From Pseudomonas aeruginosa PAO1 (GTDB lineage: Bacteria > Pseudomonadota > Gammaproteobacteria > Pseudomonadales > Pseudomonadaceae), in the NCBI RefSeq assembly GCF_000006765.1, contig NC_002516.2: a stretch of 64,000 bases of DNA; one strand, 5' to 3'. The first letter of the stretch is position 1; each line of letters opens with the position of its first letter. The notes under the pieces are model-generated. The model was not told the DNA's origin, ran no database searches, and was given only the letters and a program-made list of their open reading frames with translations. Both the position numbers and the translations under genes were made by a program. This document shows, piece after piece, positions 1 to 7,752 of the stretch.

Positions 1-1154
1 GCCACCAGGCCCCAGAACGCCGAGCCGATGGACAGCAGGGTGAAGCCGGAGGCGGTTACCATGAAGGTCACCAGCGCGGCCTCGCGCTGGCGCTCGTCGG
101 CCATCGAGTTGGCCAGGCCGTTCATGATCGAGCCGAGCAGGGCGATGGCGGCGATGGACAGTACCAGTGCCTTGGGGAACGCCGCGAACAACGCTGCCAG
201 GGTGGCGCCGAAGGTTCCTGCGACGCAGTTGAAGAAGCCGCACCAGAGCGCCGCGGTATAGCGCTTGTGCGGGTCCTCGTGGGCCGAGGGACCGGTGCAG
301 ATCGCCGCGCTGATCGCCGCCAGGTTGATCCCGTGGGAGCCGAACGGTGCCAGCAGGATCGAGGCGATGCCGGTACTCGAGATCAGCGGCGAGGCCGGCA
401 CCTGGTAGCCGTCGGCGCGCAGCACGGCGATGCCGGGCATGTTCTGCGAAGCCATGGCGACGATGAACAGCGGGATGCCGATGCTGATGGTGGCGGCCAG
501 GGAGAAGCTCGGCGTGGTCCACTCCGGTACCGCCAGTTCCAGGCGGAACCTGCTGAAGTCCAGTTGGCCCAGTATCCCGGCCAGCAGCACCCCCACCAGT
601 AGCGCAGCGAACACCGCATAGCGCGGCGAGAAGCGTTTGCACAGCAGATAGCTGAAGAACATCGCCAGCACCAGCAGGGTCTGTTGCTCGGCGGCGTTGC
701 AGATCTCGATGCCGATGCGGAACAGCACCCCGGCCAGCAGCGCCGAGGCCAGCGAGGAGGGAACCTGGCGCATCAGGCGTTCGAAGCTGCCGGTGACGCC
801 GCACAGGGTGATCAGGAGGGCGCAGACGATGAAGGCGCCGATCGCCTCGCTGTACGGCACTCCGGGCAGGCTGCTGATCAGCAGCGCCGCGCCGGGGGTG
901 GACCAGGCGATCACGATCGGCACCCGGTAGCGCAGGGTCAGGCCGATGGTCGCCAGGCCCATGCCGATCGACAGGGCCCAGATCCACGAGGAAATCTGCG
1001 CGCTGCTGAGACCGGCGTTCTGCCCGGCCTGGAACATCAGTACCAGCGAGCTGGTGTAGCCGGTGAGCATGGCGACGAAGCCGGCCACCACGGCGGCGGG
1101 AGAGGAGTCGGCGAACGGACGCAGACGAGGCTGGGGCTGGGTGGTTTCGGTCAT
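1..1154 (-). CDS. Benzoate/H+ symporter BenE (YdcO) family transporter, 3' end truncated by window edge
   Basis: Manual translation from ATG at 1154: MTETTQPQPRLRPFADSSPAAVVAGFVAMLTGYTSSLVLMFQAG...AWSTPGAALL...MASQNMPG. These are BenE-family motifs with many TM segments. Absent from the ORF track because it runs off the edge. Confidence 0.85.
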   Translation of the reverse strand, partial: MTETTQPQPRLRPFADSSPAAVVAGFVAMLTGYTSSLVLMFQAGQNAGLSSAQISSWIWALSIGMGLATIGLTLRYRVPIVIAWSTPGAALLISSLPGVPYSEAIGAFIVCALLITLCGVTGSFERLMRQVPSSLASALLAGVLFRIGIEICNAAEQQTLLVLAMFFSYLLCKRFSPRYAVFAALLVGVLLAGILGQLDFSRFRLELAVPEWTTPSFSLAATISIGIPLFIVAMASQNMPGIAVLRADGYQVPASPLISSTGIASILLAPFGSHGINLAAISAAICTGPSAHEDPHKRYTAALWCGFFNCVAGTFGATLAALFAAFPKALVLSIAAIALLGSIMNGLANSMADERQREAALVTFMVTASGFTLLSIGSAFWGLV

Positions 1155-1384
1155 GCCGGGTACTTCCATGGAGTGTGCGGGACGACCGGGCACGGCGGTG
1201 GGCGGAGCCACGGGGCAGGTTGCGCGAGGCGCGGAGTGCCGATCATCTTTTTCTGTTTTGCGCAGCCTAAACAGCCGGCCAGGGGCTGTCCCGGTACAGC
1301 CGCGGACATAGTTGGCCATACAGTCGCAGCTGCCGGAAGCTGGCGGAGCTGGTAACTTCCCGGCATTTGCCGAGGAGCTTCGCC

Positions 1385-2020
1385 ATGGATGCAAACCCCT
1401 ACGCCACGCCGCGTGTCGAATTGGTCGAGCAGGGCATACCGGATGCTTTCCGCCGGCGCTGGACGCCCGCGCAACTGCGCATCCTCGCCTGGCTCTGCCT
1501 GGCCTCGATAGCCGGCGGCGTGGTGCTGATGGTGCTCAGCCTGCTGGAGGTATTCGGCGACGGCGCCGCGTTCAGGGTCTACGCCGACTGGCTGGGCCTG
1601 CTCCTCAGCCTGCTCGGCGCCTACCTGCTGCTGCGGCTCAAGCACCTGGTCGAGTCGCGCTTTCGCGGCCCCTCGCTGGCCTGGCCGGTATGGTTGTCGA
1701 TTCTCCTGACCCTGCTGGGCGAGGGCTGGAGCCTGCTGGCGGTTACCGACGATGCGCTGCAGGGCTGGAACTGGCAGGCGCTGGTGTACTTCGCGCTGCT
1801 TGCGCTGATCGGCGCTACCACCCTCTGGCTGGGCCTGCGTCTGCTCAAGCAGGAAAACCTCTATCCGTCGCTGCGGATCATGGCCTGGCTGGACATCGCC
1901 GGCGGCGCGATGCTGGCTTCGGTGCTGTTGCTGGTGCTGGCGGTACTGCCGCTGCTGGCCGCCACCGTGGCCATGGCGCTGGCCTGCTGGCGCGCGGCGC
2001 GGGAGTTGGAGCGGAGCTAG
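1385..2020 (+). CDS. Hypothetical multi-pass membrane protein (211 aa, N-terminal NPY-x-TP motif)
   Basis: ATG at 1385 within track ORF 1367..2020. About 5-6 hydrophobic segments and typical Pseudomonas codon usage. Confidence 0.75.
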   Translation: MDANPYATPRVELVEQGIPDAFRRRWTPAQLRILAWLCLASIAGGVVLMVLSLLEVFGDGAAFRVYADWLGLLLSLLGAYLLLRLKHLVESRFRGPSLAWPVWLSILLTLLGEGWSLLAVTDDALQGWNWQALVYFALLALIGATTLWLGLRLLKQENLYPSLRIMAWLDIAGGAMLASVLLLVLAVLPLLAATVAMALACWRAARELERS

Positions 2021-2070
2021 CGGGCAGCCGGTCGGCTTGTCGAGCGTCCATGCGCCAGGCCCATGGGGCG

Positions 2071-2547
2071 TCAGTCGGCGGCCTCCGTCGCCGCTTCGCC
2101 GCGGCTGCCTGCATGCGCCCGAGCCAGGGTGCGATTGACCGCCAGCCAGCCGGAGACCGCTTCGCCGCCGGCTTCCTCGAAGCAGCGTTGGAGCAGCCGC
2201 GACTGCTCGCGACGCAGCGCCTTTTCCAACCGCACGCCCTCGGCGGTGAGGCCGAGGAGGCGTTTGCGCTTGTCGTCGTCGGCGGTGGCGCTGCCGATCA
2301 GGTTCATCTCCAGCAACTGGCGCAGCGGGATGTTCAGCGCCTGCTTGGTCACGCCGAGCAGGGCCAGCAGTTCCTTCACGCTGAGGCCCGGATAGCGGGC
2401 GATGAAGAACAGCACGCGGTGGTGCACACGTCCCAGGCCGCGGCGGGCGAGCATCTCGTCAGGCTTGGTGGTGAAGGCCTGGTACGCGAAGAAGAAGGCT
2501 TCCATCATGGCCTGCTGCTGGACGGCGTGGTTTTTCAGGTCAGGCAT
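2071..2547 (-). CDS. MarR-family transcriptional regulator
   Basis: 158 aa with wHTH signature (LSVKELLALLGVTKQALNIPLRQL...DDKRKRLLGLTAEG). Confidence 0.9.
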   Translation of the reverse strand: MPDLKNHAVQQQAMMEAFFFAYQAFTTKPDEMLARRGLGRVHHRVLFFIARYPGLSVKELLALLGVTKQALNIPLRQLLEMNLIGSATADDDKRKRLLGLTAEGVRLEKALRREQSRLLQRCFEEAGGEAVSGWLAVNRTLARAHAGSRGEAATEAAD

Positions 2548-2580
2548 ATTGACGCTTCCGGGTGCGGCATCGTAGTTTCG

Positions 2581-2595
2581 GTCAAGCAGTTTGAC
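2581..2595. promoter_or_regulatory. Candidate MarR operator, GTCAA-N5-TTGAC inverted repeat
   Basis: Perfect inverted repeat in the 81-bp divergent gap between marR and the aminotransferase. A further TTGAC at 2549-2553 also resembles a -35 box. Confidence 0.45.
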
Positions 2596-2628
2596 TCATT
2601 TTTCCCCGCCTACGCTACCGGTGATCCC

Positions 2629-3795
2629 ATGCCCTTCTCTGAACGCATCTCCCGCCTGAAAAGCTCCTTGATCCGCGAAATCCTTGCCGCGGCGCAGCGT
2701 CCGGAGGTGATGTCGTTCGCCGGCGGGCTGCCGGCCGAGCCGATGCTGCCGAAGGTGCAGTGGGAGCAGATGCCGGCCTCCATGGGCCAGTACGGCATGA
2801 GCGAAGGCGAGCCTGCCCTGCGCGAAGCCATCGCCGCCGAAGCGCGTGCCCTCGGCGTCCCCTGCGAGGCGAGCCAGGTGCTGATCGTCAGCGGTTCGCA
2901 GCAGACCCTCGACCTGGCCAGCAAGCTGTTCATCGATCCGGGCACCGAGGTGCTGCTCGAGGCGCCGACCTACCTCGCCGCGCTACAGGCCTTCCAATTG
3001 TTCGGCGCCGATTGCGTGACCGTGCCGCTGGGTGCCGAGGGCCCCGACCTGGTTGCCCTGCGGCAGCGCCTGGAGCGACACAAGCCGGCCTTCGCCTACC
3101 TGATCCCGACTTTCCAGAATCCGTCCGGCGTGCGCTACAGCGAGGAACGCCGCGACGCGGTGGCGGCGCTGCTAGACGAATTCGGCGTGACCCTGATCGA
3201 AGACGAACCCTATCGCGAACTGGTGTTCGACGAGGGCCGCGCAACCCCGCTGGTCAGCCGCCTGCGCAAGTCCAGCTGGATCTATACCGGCACGGTGTCG
3301 AAGACCCTGCTGCCGGGCCTGCGCGTCGGTTTCCTGATCGCCACCCCGGACCTGTTCCCCCACCTGCTGCGGCTGAAACAGTCGGCCGACCTGCATACCA
3401 ACCGGGTAGGGCAGTGGCAGGCGCTGCAATGGTTCGGCAGCGAGGCCTACCGCCAGCACCTGGCCGAACTGCGCGAGTTCTACCGGGTTCGCCGCGACGC
3501 CATGCAGGAGGCGCTGCTGGAGCACTTCGGCGAGCTGGCCGAATGGAATATCCCGGAGGGCGGGCTGTTCTTCTGGCTGACCCTCAGGCAGCCGCTGGAT
3601 ACCCGCACCCTGCTCCAGCCGGCGCTGGCCGCCGATGTCGCATTCATGCCCGGCGAACCTTTCTTCGCCGAGCCGGAGCAGAACCTCGGGCGTCTGCGGC
3701 TGAACTTCAGCCACGTCGCCCCGGAGCGCCTGCACGAAGGCCTGCGGCGCCTGGCCAAGGTCGTCCGCGACGCCCAGGCCGCCGAAGCGGCCTGA
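2629..3795 (+). CDS. PLP-dependent class I/II aminotransferase (LysN/MocR-like AAT domain)
   Basis: ATG 2629, 388 aa. Motifs SFAGGLP, YLIPTFQNPSG, IEDEPY and GTVSKTLLPGLRVG (PLP lysine). Confidence 0.9.
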   Translation: MPFSERISRLKSSLIREILAAAQRPEVMSFAGGLPAEPMLPKVQWEQMPASMGQYGMSEGEPALREAIAAEARALGVPCEASQVLIVSGSQQTLDLASKLFIDPGTEVLLEAPTYLAALQAFQLFGADCVTVPLGAEGPDLVALRQRLERHKPAFAYLIPTFQNPSGVRYSEERRDAVAALLDEFGVTLIEDEPYRELVFDEGRATPLVSRLRKSSWIYTGTVSKTLLPGLRVGFLIATPDLFPHLLRLKQSADLHTNRVGQWQALQWFGSEAYRQHLAELREFYRVRRDAMQEALLEHFGELAEWNIPEGGLFFWLTLRQPLDTRTLLQPALAADVAFMPGEPFFAEPEQNLGRLRLNFSHVAPERLHEGLRRLAKVVRDAQAAEAA

Positions 3796-3850
3796 ACCCT
3801 CATCGGCGCTCCTCCGAGGGCGCCGGCCATCCGATCCGAGGAGCGACACG

Positions 3851-4453
3851 ATGTACAAGGTCTACGGTGATTACCGTTCGGGCAACTGCTACAAGATCAA
3901 GCTGGCCATGTCGCTGCTCGGCATCGACTACCAGTGGGTACCGGTGGACATTCTCAAGGGCGAGACCCAGACCCCGGAGTTCCTGGCGAAGAACCCCAAC
4001 GGCAAGATACCGGTGCTGGAGCTGGAGGACGGCAGTTGCCTGTGGGAGTCCAACGCCATCCTCAACTTCCTCGCCGACGGCAGCGCCCTGTTGCCCAGCG
4101 AACCGCGCCTGCGCACCCAGGTGCTGCAATGGCAATTCTTCGAGCAATACAGCCATGAGCCCTATGTGGCCGTGGCGCGCTTCATCAAGCTCTACCTCGG
4201 CCTCCCGGAAGCCCGCCGCGCCGAGTTCGAAGAGAAGAAGATCGGCGGCTACAAGGCCCTCGACGTCATGGAGAAACAGCTGTCGCGCACGCCATTCCTG
4301 GTCGGCGAACAGTTCTCCATCGCCGATATCACCCTCTACGCCTACACCCATGTCGCCCATGAAGGCGGCTTCGACCTGACGGCCTACCCGGCGATCCGCG
4401 CGTGGATCAAGCGAGTGGGGGAGGTGCCGGGGTATGTGGGGATGCTGGATTGA
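3851..4453 (+). CDS. Glutathione S-transferase family protein
   Basis: 200 aa. SGNCYK N-terminus, NPNGKIPVL, LWESNAIL and SIADITLY motifs. Confidence 0.92.
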   Translation: MYKVYGDYRSGNCYKIKLAMSLLGIDYQWVPVDILKGETQTPEFLAKNPNGKIPVLELEDGSCLWESNAILNFLADGSALLPSEPRLRTQVLQWQFFEQYSHEPYVAVARFIKLYLGLPEARRAEFEEKKIGGYKALDVMEKQLSRTPFLVGEQFSIADITLYAYTHVAHEGGFDLTAYPAIRAWIKRVGEVPGYVGMLD

Positions 4454-4569
4454 GGGGAGCTTCGATCAGCGGTTGGCGAGGCAGTGATTTCTGTCATGAG
4501 CGGGAGTTTCGGGTAGAGCGAAATTTTTATGCATCGGGCTGGATGCGCGTTTTTCCTGATTATTCGTAG

Positions 4570-4965
4570 CTCGCTTTCCTGGCGCTGCTGTTGGTACCCG
4601 GCGCTGCGCTGGTGGCGGGTCAGTTGCTGGCCGTTGAGGTCGATGCCCAGGAGGGCATCGACCGACTGGCCGCGCTAGCCGACCCGACTACTGTCGGGCA
4701 GCTTTCTCGCCAGTAGGCGCACAGCACTGTCGAGCGGGTAAGCGGTGCGCAATTCTCTGTCGTCGCCGTACGCGGCCTACCGCATAAGTTGGTCATCGAG
4801 GGCTTGGCGATAGGCGCTGCGGCGGTCATCGAATCCTGCTTTCCTGACTGCTCGGGTCGCTATCGATTTCCGCCCAGCCGGTGCGGTACGGGCGTGTCCA
4901 GGGTAAACGCAGCGGTGCGTCCCGCCTGCAGTCGGTCACGGCGCAACTTCCTCGCCGGTGGCCAT
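4570..4965 (-). pseudogene. Decayed Rhs (YD-repeat) core fragment
   Basis: One minus-strand frame reads ...KAGFDDRRSAYRQALDDQLMR*AAYGDDRELRTAYPLDSAVRLLARKLPDSSRVG*RGQSVDALLGIDLNGQQLTRHQRSAGYQQQRQES. In-frame stops lie at 4936-4938, 4777-4779 and 4675-4677. It resembles Pseudomonas Rhs core as recalled, not searched. Confidence 0.7.
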
Positions 4966-4993
4966 GGGACCGCCCATCTCGATTAATTTCTCT

Positions 4994-5010
4994 AACAATT
5001 CCCGTGCCAG
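4994..5010 (-). promoter_or_regulatory. Near-consensus sigma54 (RpoN) -24/-12 promoter facing away from tssA2
   Basis: Minus strand reads CTGGCACGGGAATTGTT against consensus YTGGCACGRNNNTTGCW. The only deviation is C to T at -12. Confidence 0.55.
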
Positions 5011-5095
5011 TCTTTTCGTGGCTCTTTTAATCAATCTCATTCAATGGCTTATTGTTATCCATGTCTCATTCTGAAAAGAAATATAACAAGTGAAT

Positions 5096-5218
5096 TGAGC
5101 AAGAAGTTGCGCAGTGCTGTGCAACTTTTTGCGCAGTAGTGTTCAGGCCAGTATTTTCAAGGGCTGTGGACTGTTATTGGGGATGTTTCTTGGTTTTCAT
5201 TGTGCAACTTCTTGCACA
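5096..5218. repeat. Three copies of an 18-bp palindrome TGnGCAA-N4-TTGCnCA (5096-5113, 5118-5135, 5201-5218)
   Basis: TGAGCAAGAAGTTGCGCA, TGTGCAACTTTTTGCGCA and TGTGCAACTTCTTGCACA. Copy 1 (reverse-complemented) and copy 2 each match copy 3 at 16/18. Confidence 0.8.
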
Positions 5219-5322
5219 ATCGCTATTACGCTCTAAATCAGCTGTTGGTCCGCTTGGAAGGCCTATGTTTCGAGGCTCTCCGGAGAAATCCATACTGCCT
5301 GCCTTATTTTTTATAAATTGTT

Positions 5323-5342
5323 AACTACCTGTTTTGGTAGGG
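5323..5342 (+). promoter_or_regulatory. las/rhl box upstream of H2-T6SS
   Basis: AACTACCTGTTTTGGTAGGG fits NNCT-N12-AGNN and resembles the lasB operator. H2-T6SS is known to be quorum-sensing activated. Confidence 0.7.
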
Positions 5343-5436
5343 TTTTCCAAATGGCCATCAATGTCGTTATGATGGCTATAGCCAAGCCGTAAAGGGCATG
5401 GACGCAGACGCCTGACGTTTGGCTGAAAATCTTTCA

Positions 5437-5450
5437 TTGATTCGTATCAA
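5437..5450. promoter_or_regulatory. Anr/Dnr (FNR-type) box
   Basis: TTGAT-TCGT-ATCAA is a perfect consensus, extended by TTCA/TGAA flanks (5433-5454). Confidence 0.75.
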
Positions 5451-5625
5451 TGAATAGGAAAATTCCCAAAGAGGGAATGTCCTGTTGCTTGCCAGTTTTT
5501 ATGTTGTTTTCATGGAAAAGGCAAAGAGCTCTTCAGACTATTGGGATTTTCGTTCGGTTTTTATGCCAACTAGTTGAATTGTTAAGATATTCATTGGCGC
5601 ACATGGTGTGCATTGAAGGGTTAGG

Positions 5626-7182
5626 ATGACCTATTCGAGCAAGCTCTCCTCGCATTATCTGGAACTCGCGGAACAGCCGATTTCAAAGGATGTCTTTGCG
5701 GGTGAGGATGTGCGTTTTTCCAGCGAATACGAGGCGCTGGAAAATGAGCTGGGCAAGGCGCTCTCGCTCCATGAGAACGGCCAGACCGACTGGTTGAAAA
5801 TCCTGGAAAACAGCGAAGCGCTGCTTCGTGCCCAATCCAAGGACCTGCGTGTTGCAGCCTGGTTGACCTGGGCCCTCTACCAACGGGAATCCTTTCCCGG
5901 TTTGCTGGCCGGACTGGGATTGCTGGAACGTCTGTGCAGCCGGCATTGGGTCGAGATCCATCCGCTCAAGGCGCGCACTCGCGCCGCGGCCATTGCCTGG
6001 CTGGTGCCCCGGTTGGAGCAGGCGCTGAACGAGAACGTACCGATCAAGGAGCAACTCCCCCTGTTCCGGCGTCTCGCCGAGCACCTGGAAAAACTCGATA
6101 CCGCGCTGACCGCGCAACTGGGCGACGACGCGCCCTTGTTGCTGCCGATCAGCCGACGCCTTTCGGGCATGCTCCAGCGCGCCGCCGACAACCAGCCCGA
6201 ACCTGGCGTGGTCGGCGCCGTGGTGGCCCAGGTCAAGCAGGCGGCCAGCCAGTTGCTGGCGCCGGGTGCGCCCATCGACAACGAGCGCGACGCCCACAAG
6301 GCCATGCGCGCCCAGCAGGAGGCCGCACGCCCCCTGTGCGCCTGGTGGCTGAAGCAGAAAGCCACCGATCTGCGCGCGCTGCGCCTCAACCGGACGATGC
6401 TCTGGCTGCCCATCGAGTCCATGCCCGAGCGCAATGCCGAACAGGTCACCGCGCTAAGGGGAGTGCCGGCGGACAAGCTGAAAAGCTACCAGGAGCGTTT
6501 CGCCCAGGGCCTGTACGCCGATCTCCTGGTGGAGCTGGAGGCGAGCCTGGCACGGGCGCCGTTCTGGTTCGACGGCCAGCGCCTGGTCTGGGAGTGCCTG
6601 CAAGGGCTCAACGCCGAGCAGGCGATGCGGGAAGTCGAAATGCATTTCGCCTTGCTCCTGCAGCGTCTGCCGGGGCTGGTGGAGCTGCGTTTCCACGACG
6701 GCAGCGCATTCGCCGATGCGGCCACCCGTGGCTGGATCAGCGCCCATGTCATGCCCCATCTCCAGAACGACAGTGCGCCGCGCAAGGTCGAGACCGTGGC
6801 CCTGCAGGCCGAATGGGACGTCGCCCTGGACGAGGTCCAGCCGGTGTTGCGCAAGGACGGCCTGAAGGCGGCGGTACAGGTGTTGAAGCAGGGCATGAAG
6901 CGCGCCCACGGCGGGCGAGCCCGGTTCTTCTGGCAACTGAGCCTCGCGCGACTGTGCTTCCTGGCGAAGAAGTACGAGCTGGCCAAGACCCAGCTGGAGA
7001 GCCTCGACCATCAGTTGCACGAATCGGGATTGCACGCCTGGGAGCCCGATCTGGCGCTGGATGTACTGCACCTGCTGCATAGCTGCTGCGAGCTGTTGCC
7101 GCAGAACCACGCCGTGCGAGAACGCAAGGAAGACATTTATCGCAGGCTGTGCCACCTCGATCTCGAGGTGGTGCTCGAATAG
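5626..7182 (+). CDS. tssA2: T6SS TssA (HsiA2), ImpA-N plus VasJ-type C-terminal region
   Basis: 518 aa. GEDVRFSSEYEALE, SKDLRVAAW and PFWFDGQRL motifs. First gene of the H2 cluster. Confidence 0.93.
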   Translation: MTYSSKLSSHYLELAEQPISKDVFAGEDVRFSSEYEALENELGKALSLHENGQTDWLKILENSEALLRAQSKDLRVAAWLTWALYQRESFPGLLAGLGLLERLCSRHWVEIHPLKARTRAAAIAWLVPRLEQALNENVPIKEQLPLFRRLAEHLEKLDTALTAQLGDDAPLLLPISRRLSGMLQRAADNQPEPGVVGAVVAQVKQAASQLLAPGAPIDNERDAHKAMRAQQEAARPLCAWWLKQKATDLRALRLNRTMLWLPIESMPERNAEQVTALRGVPADKLKSYQERFAQGLYADLLVELEASLARAPFWFDGQRLVWECLQGLNAEQAMREVEMHFALLLQRLPGLVELRFHDGSAFADAATRGWISAHVMPHLQNDSAPRKVETVALQAEWDVALDEVQPVLRKDGLKAAVQVLKQGMKRAHGGRARFFWQLSLARLCFLAKKYELAKTQLESLDHQLHESGLHAWEPDLALDVLHLLHSCCELLPQNHAVRERKEDIYRRLCHLDLEVVLE

Positions 7183-7217
7183 GGCTTCGCGCCCTCAATT
7201 CTCAAGGAGAAAAAGCC

Positions 7218-7724
7218 ATGGCCAAAGAAGGCTCGGTAGCCCCAAAGGAACGCATCAACGTCACCTTCAAGCCCGCCACTGGCGGTGCCCAGGAAGAAAT
7301 CGAACTGCCGTTGAAGCTACTGGCGATCGGCGATTACACCCAGCGCGCGGATGAGCGCAAGGTGGAGGACCGCAAGCCGATCGGCATCGACAAGATGACC
7401 TTCGACGAGGTCCTGGCCAAGCAGGAGCTGGGGCTGACGCTGAGCGTACCCAATCGTCTCCAGGAGGAGGGCGGCAGCGACGAGCTGGCGGTGGGGCTGC
7501 AGATCAACTCGATGAAGGACTTCAACCCGGCCAGCATCGTCGAGCAGGTGCCCGAGCTGAAGAAGCTGATGGAGTTGCGCGATGCGTTGGTGGCCCTCAA
7601 GGGCCCGCTGGGCAACGCCCCGGCGTTCCGCAAGGCCATCGAAAGCGTACTCGCCGACGACGAGTCCCGTAGCCGTGTGCTGGGCGAGCTGGGGCTGAGC
7701 GCCGCCCCCTCCCAGGACGCCTGA
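7218..7724 (+). CDS. tssB2: T6SS contractile sheath small subunit TssB (HsiB2)
   Basis: ATG 7218 after an AAGGAG SD, 168 aa. PKERINVTF, ELPLKLL and DFNPASIVEQVPEL motifs. Confidence 0.95.
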   Translation: MAKEGSVAPKERINVTFKPATGGAQEEIELPLKLLAIGDYTQRADERKVEDRKPIGIDKMTFDEVLAKQELGLTLSVPNRLQEEGGSDELAVGLQINSMKDFNPASIVEQVPELKKLMELRDALVALKGPLGNAPAFRKAIESVLADDESRSRVLGELGLSAAPSQDA

Positions 7725-7752
7725 GCCACCCCCTAGCCAAGGAAGCAGATAC

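Noticed and set aside
2071-3795. MarR plus aminotransferase as a split MocR regulator
   Set aside because: The HTH is MarR-type rather than GntR-type, the genes are divergent, and the aminotransferase has full enzyme motifs.
4620-5324. Short ORFs 4620..4829-, 4789..4986+ and 5139..5324+ as real genes
   Set aside because: They have no SD or recognisable motifs. The first two are off-frame or antisense readings of the Rhs relic, and the third crosses the palindromic sites.
5373-5387. Rightward GG-N10-GC (TGGCTATAGCCAAGC) as the sigma54 promoter of tssA2
   Set aside because: Only the minimal dinucleotides match. The CAC and TT positions do not, so it is too weak to call.
5026-5597. Possible Fur boxes at about 5026-5043 and 5579-5597
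   Set aside because: Only about 11 of 18-19 positions match in AT-rich DNA. Iron regulation of H2-T6SS is known, but I cannot place the sites confidently without a weight matrix.
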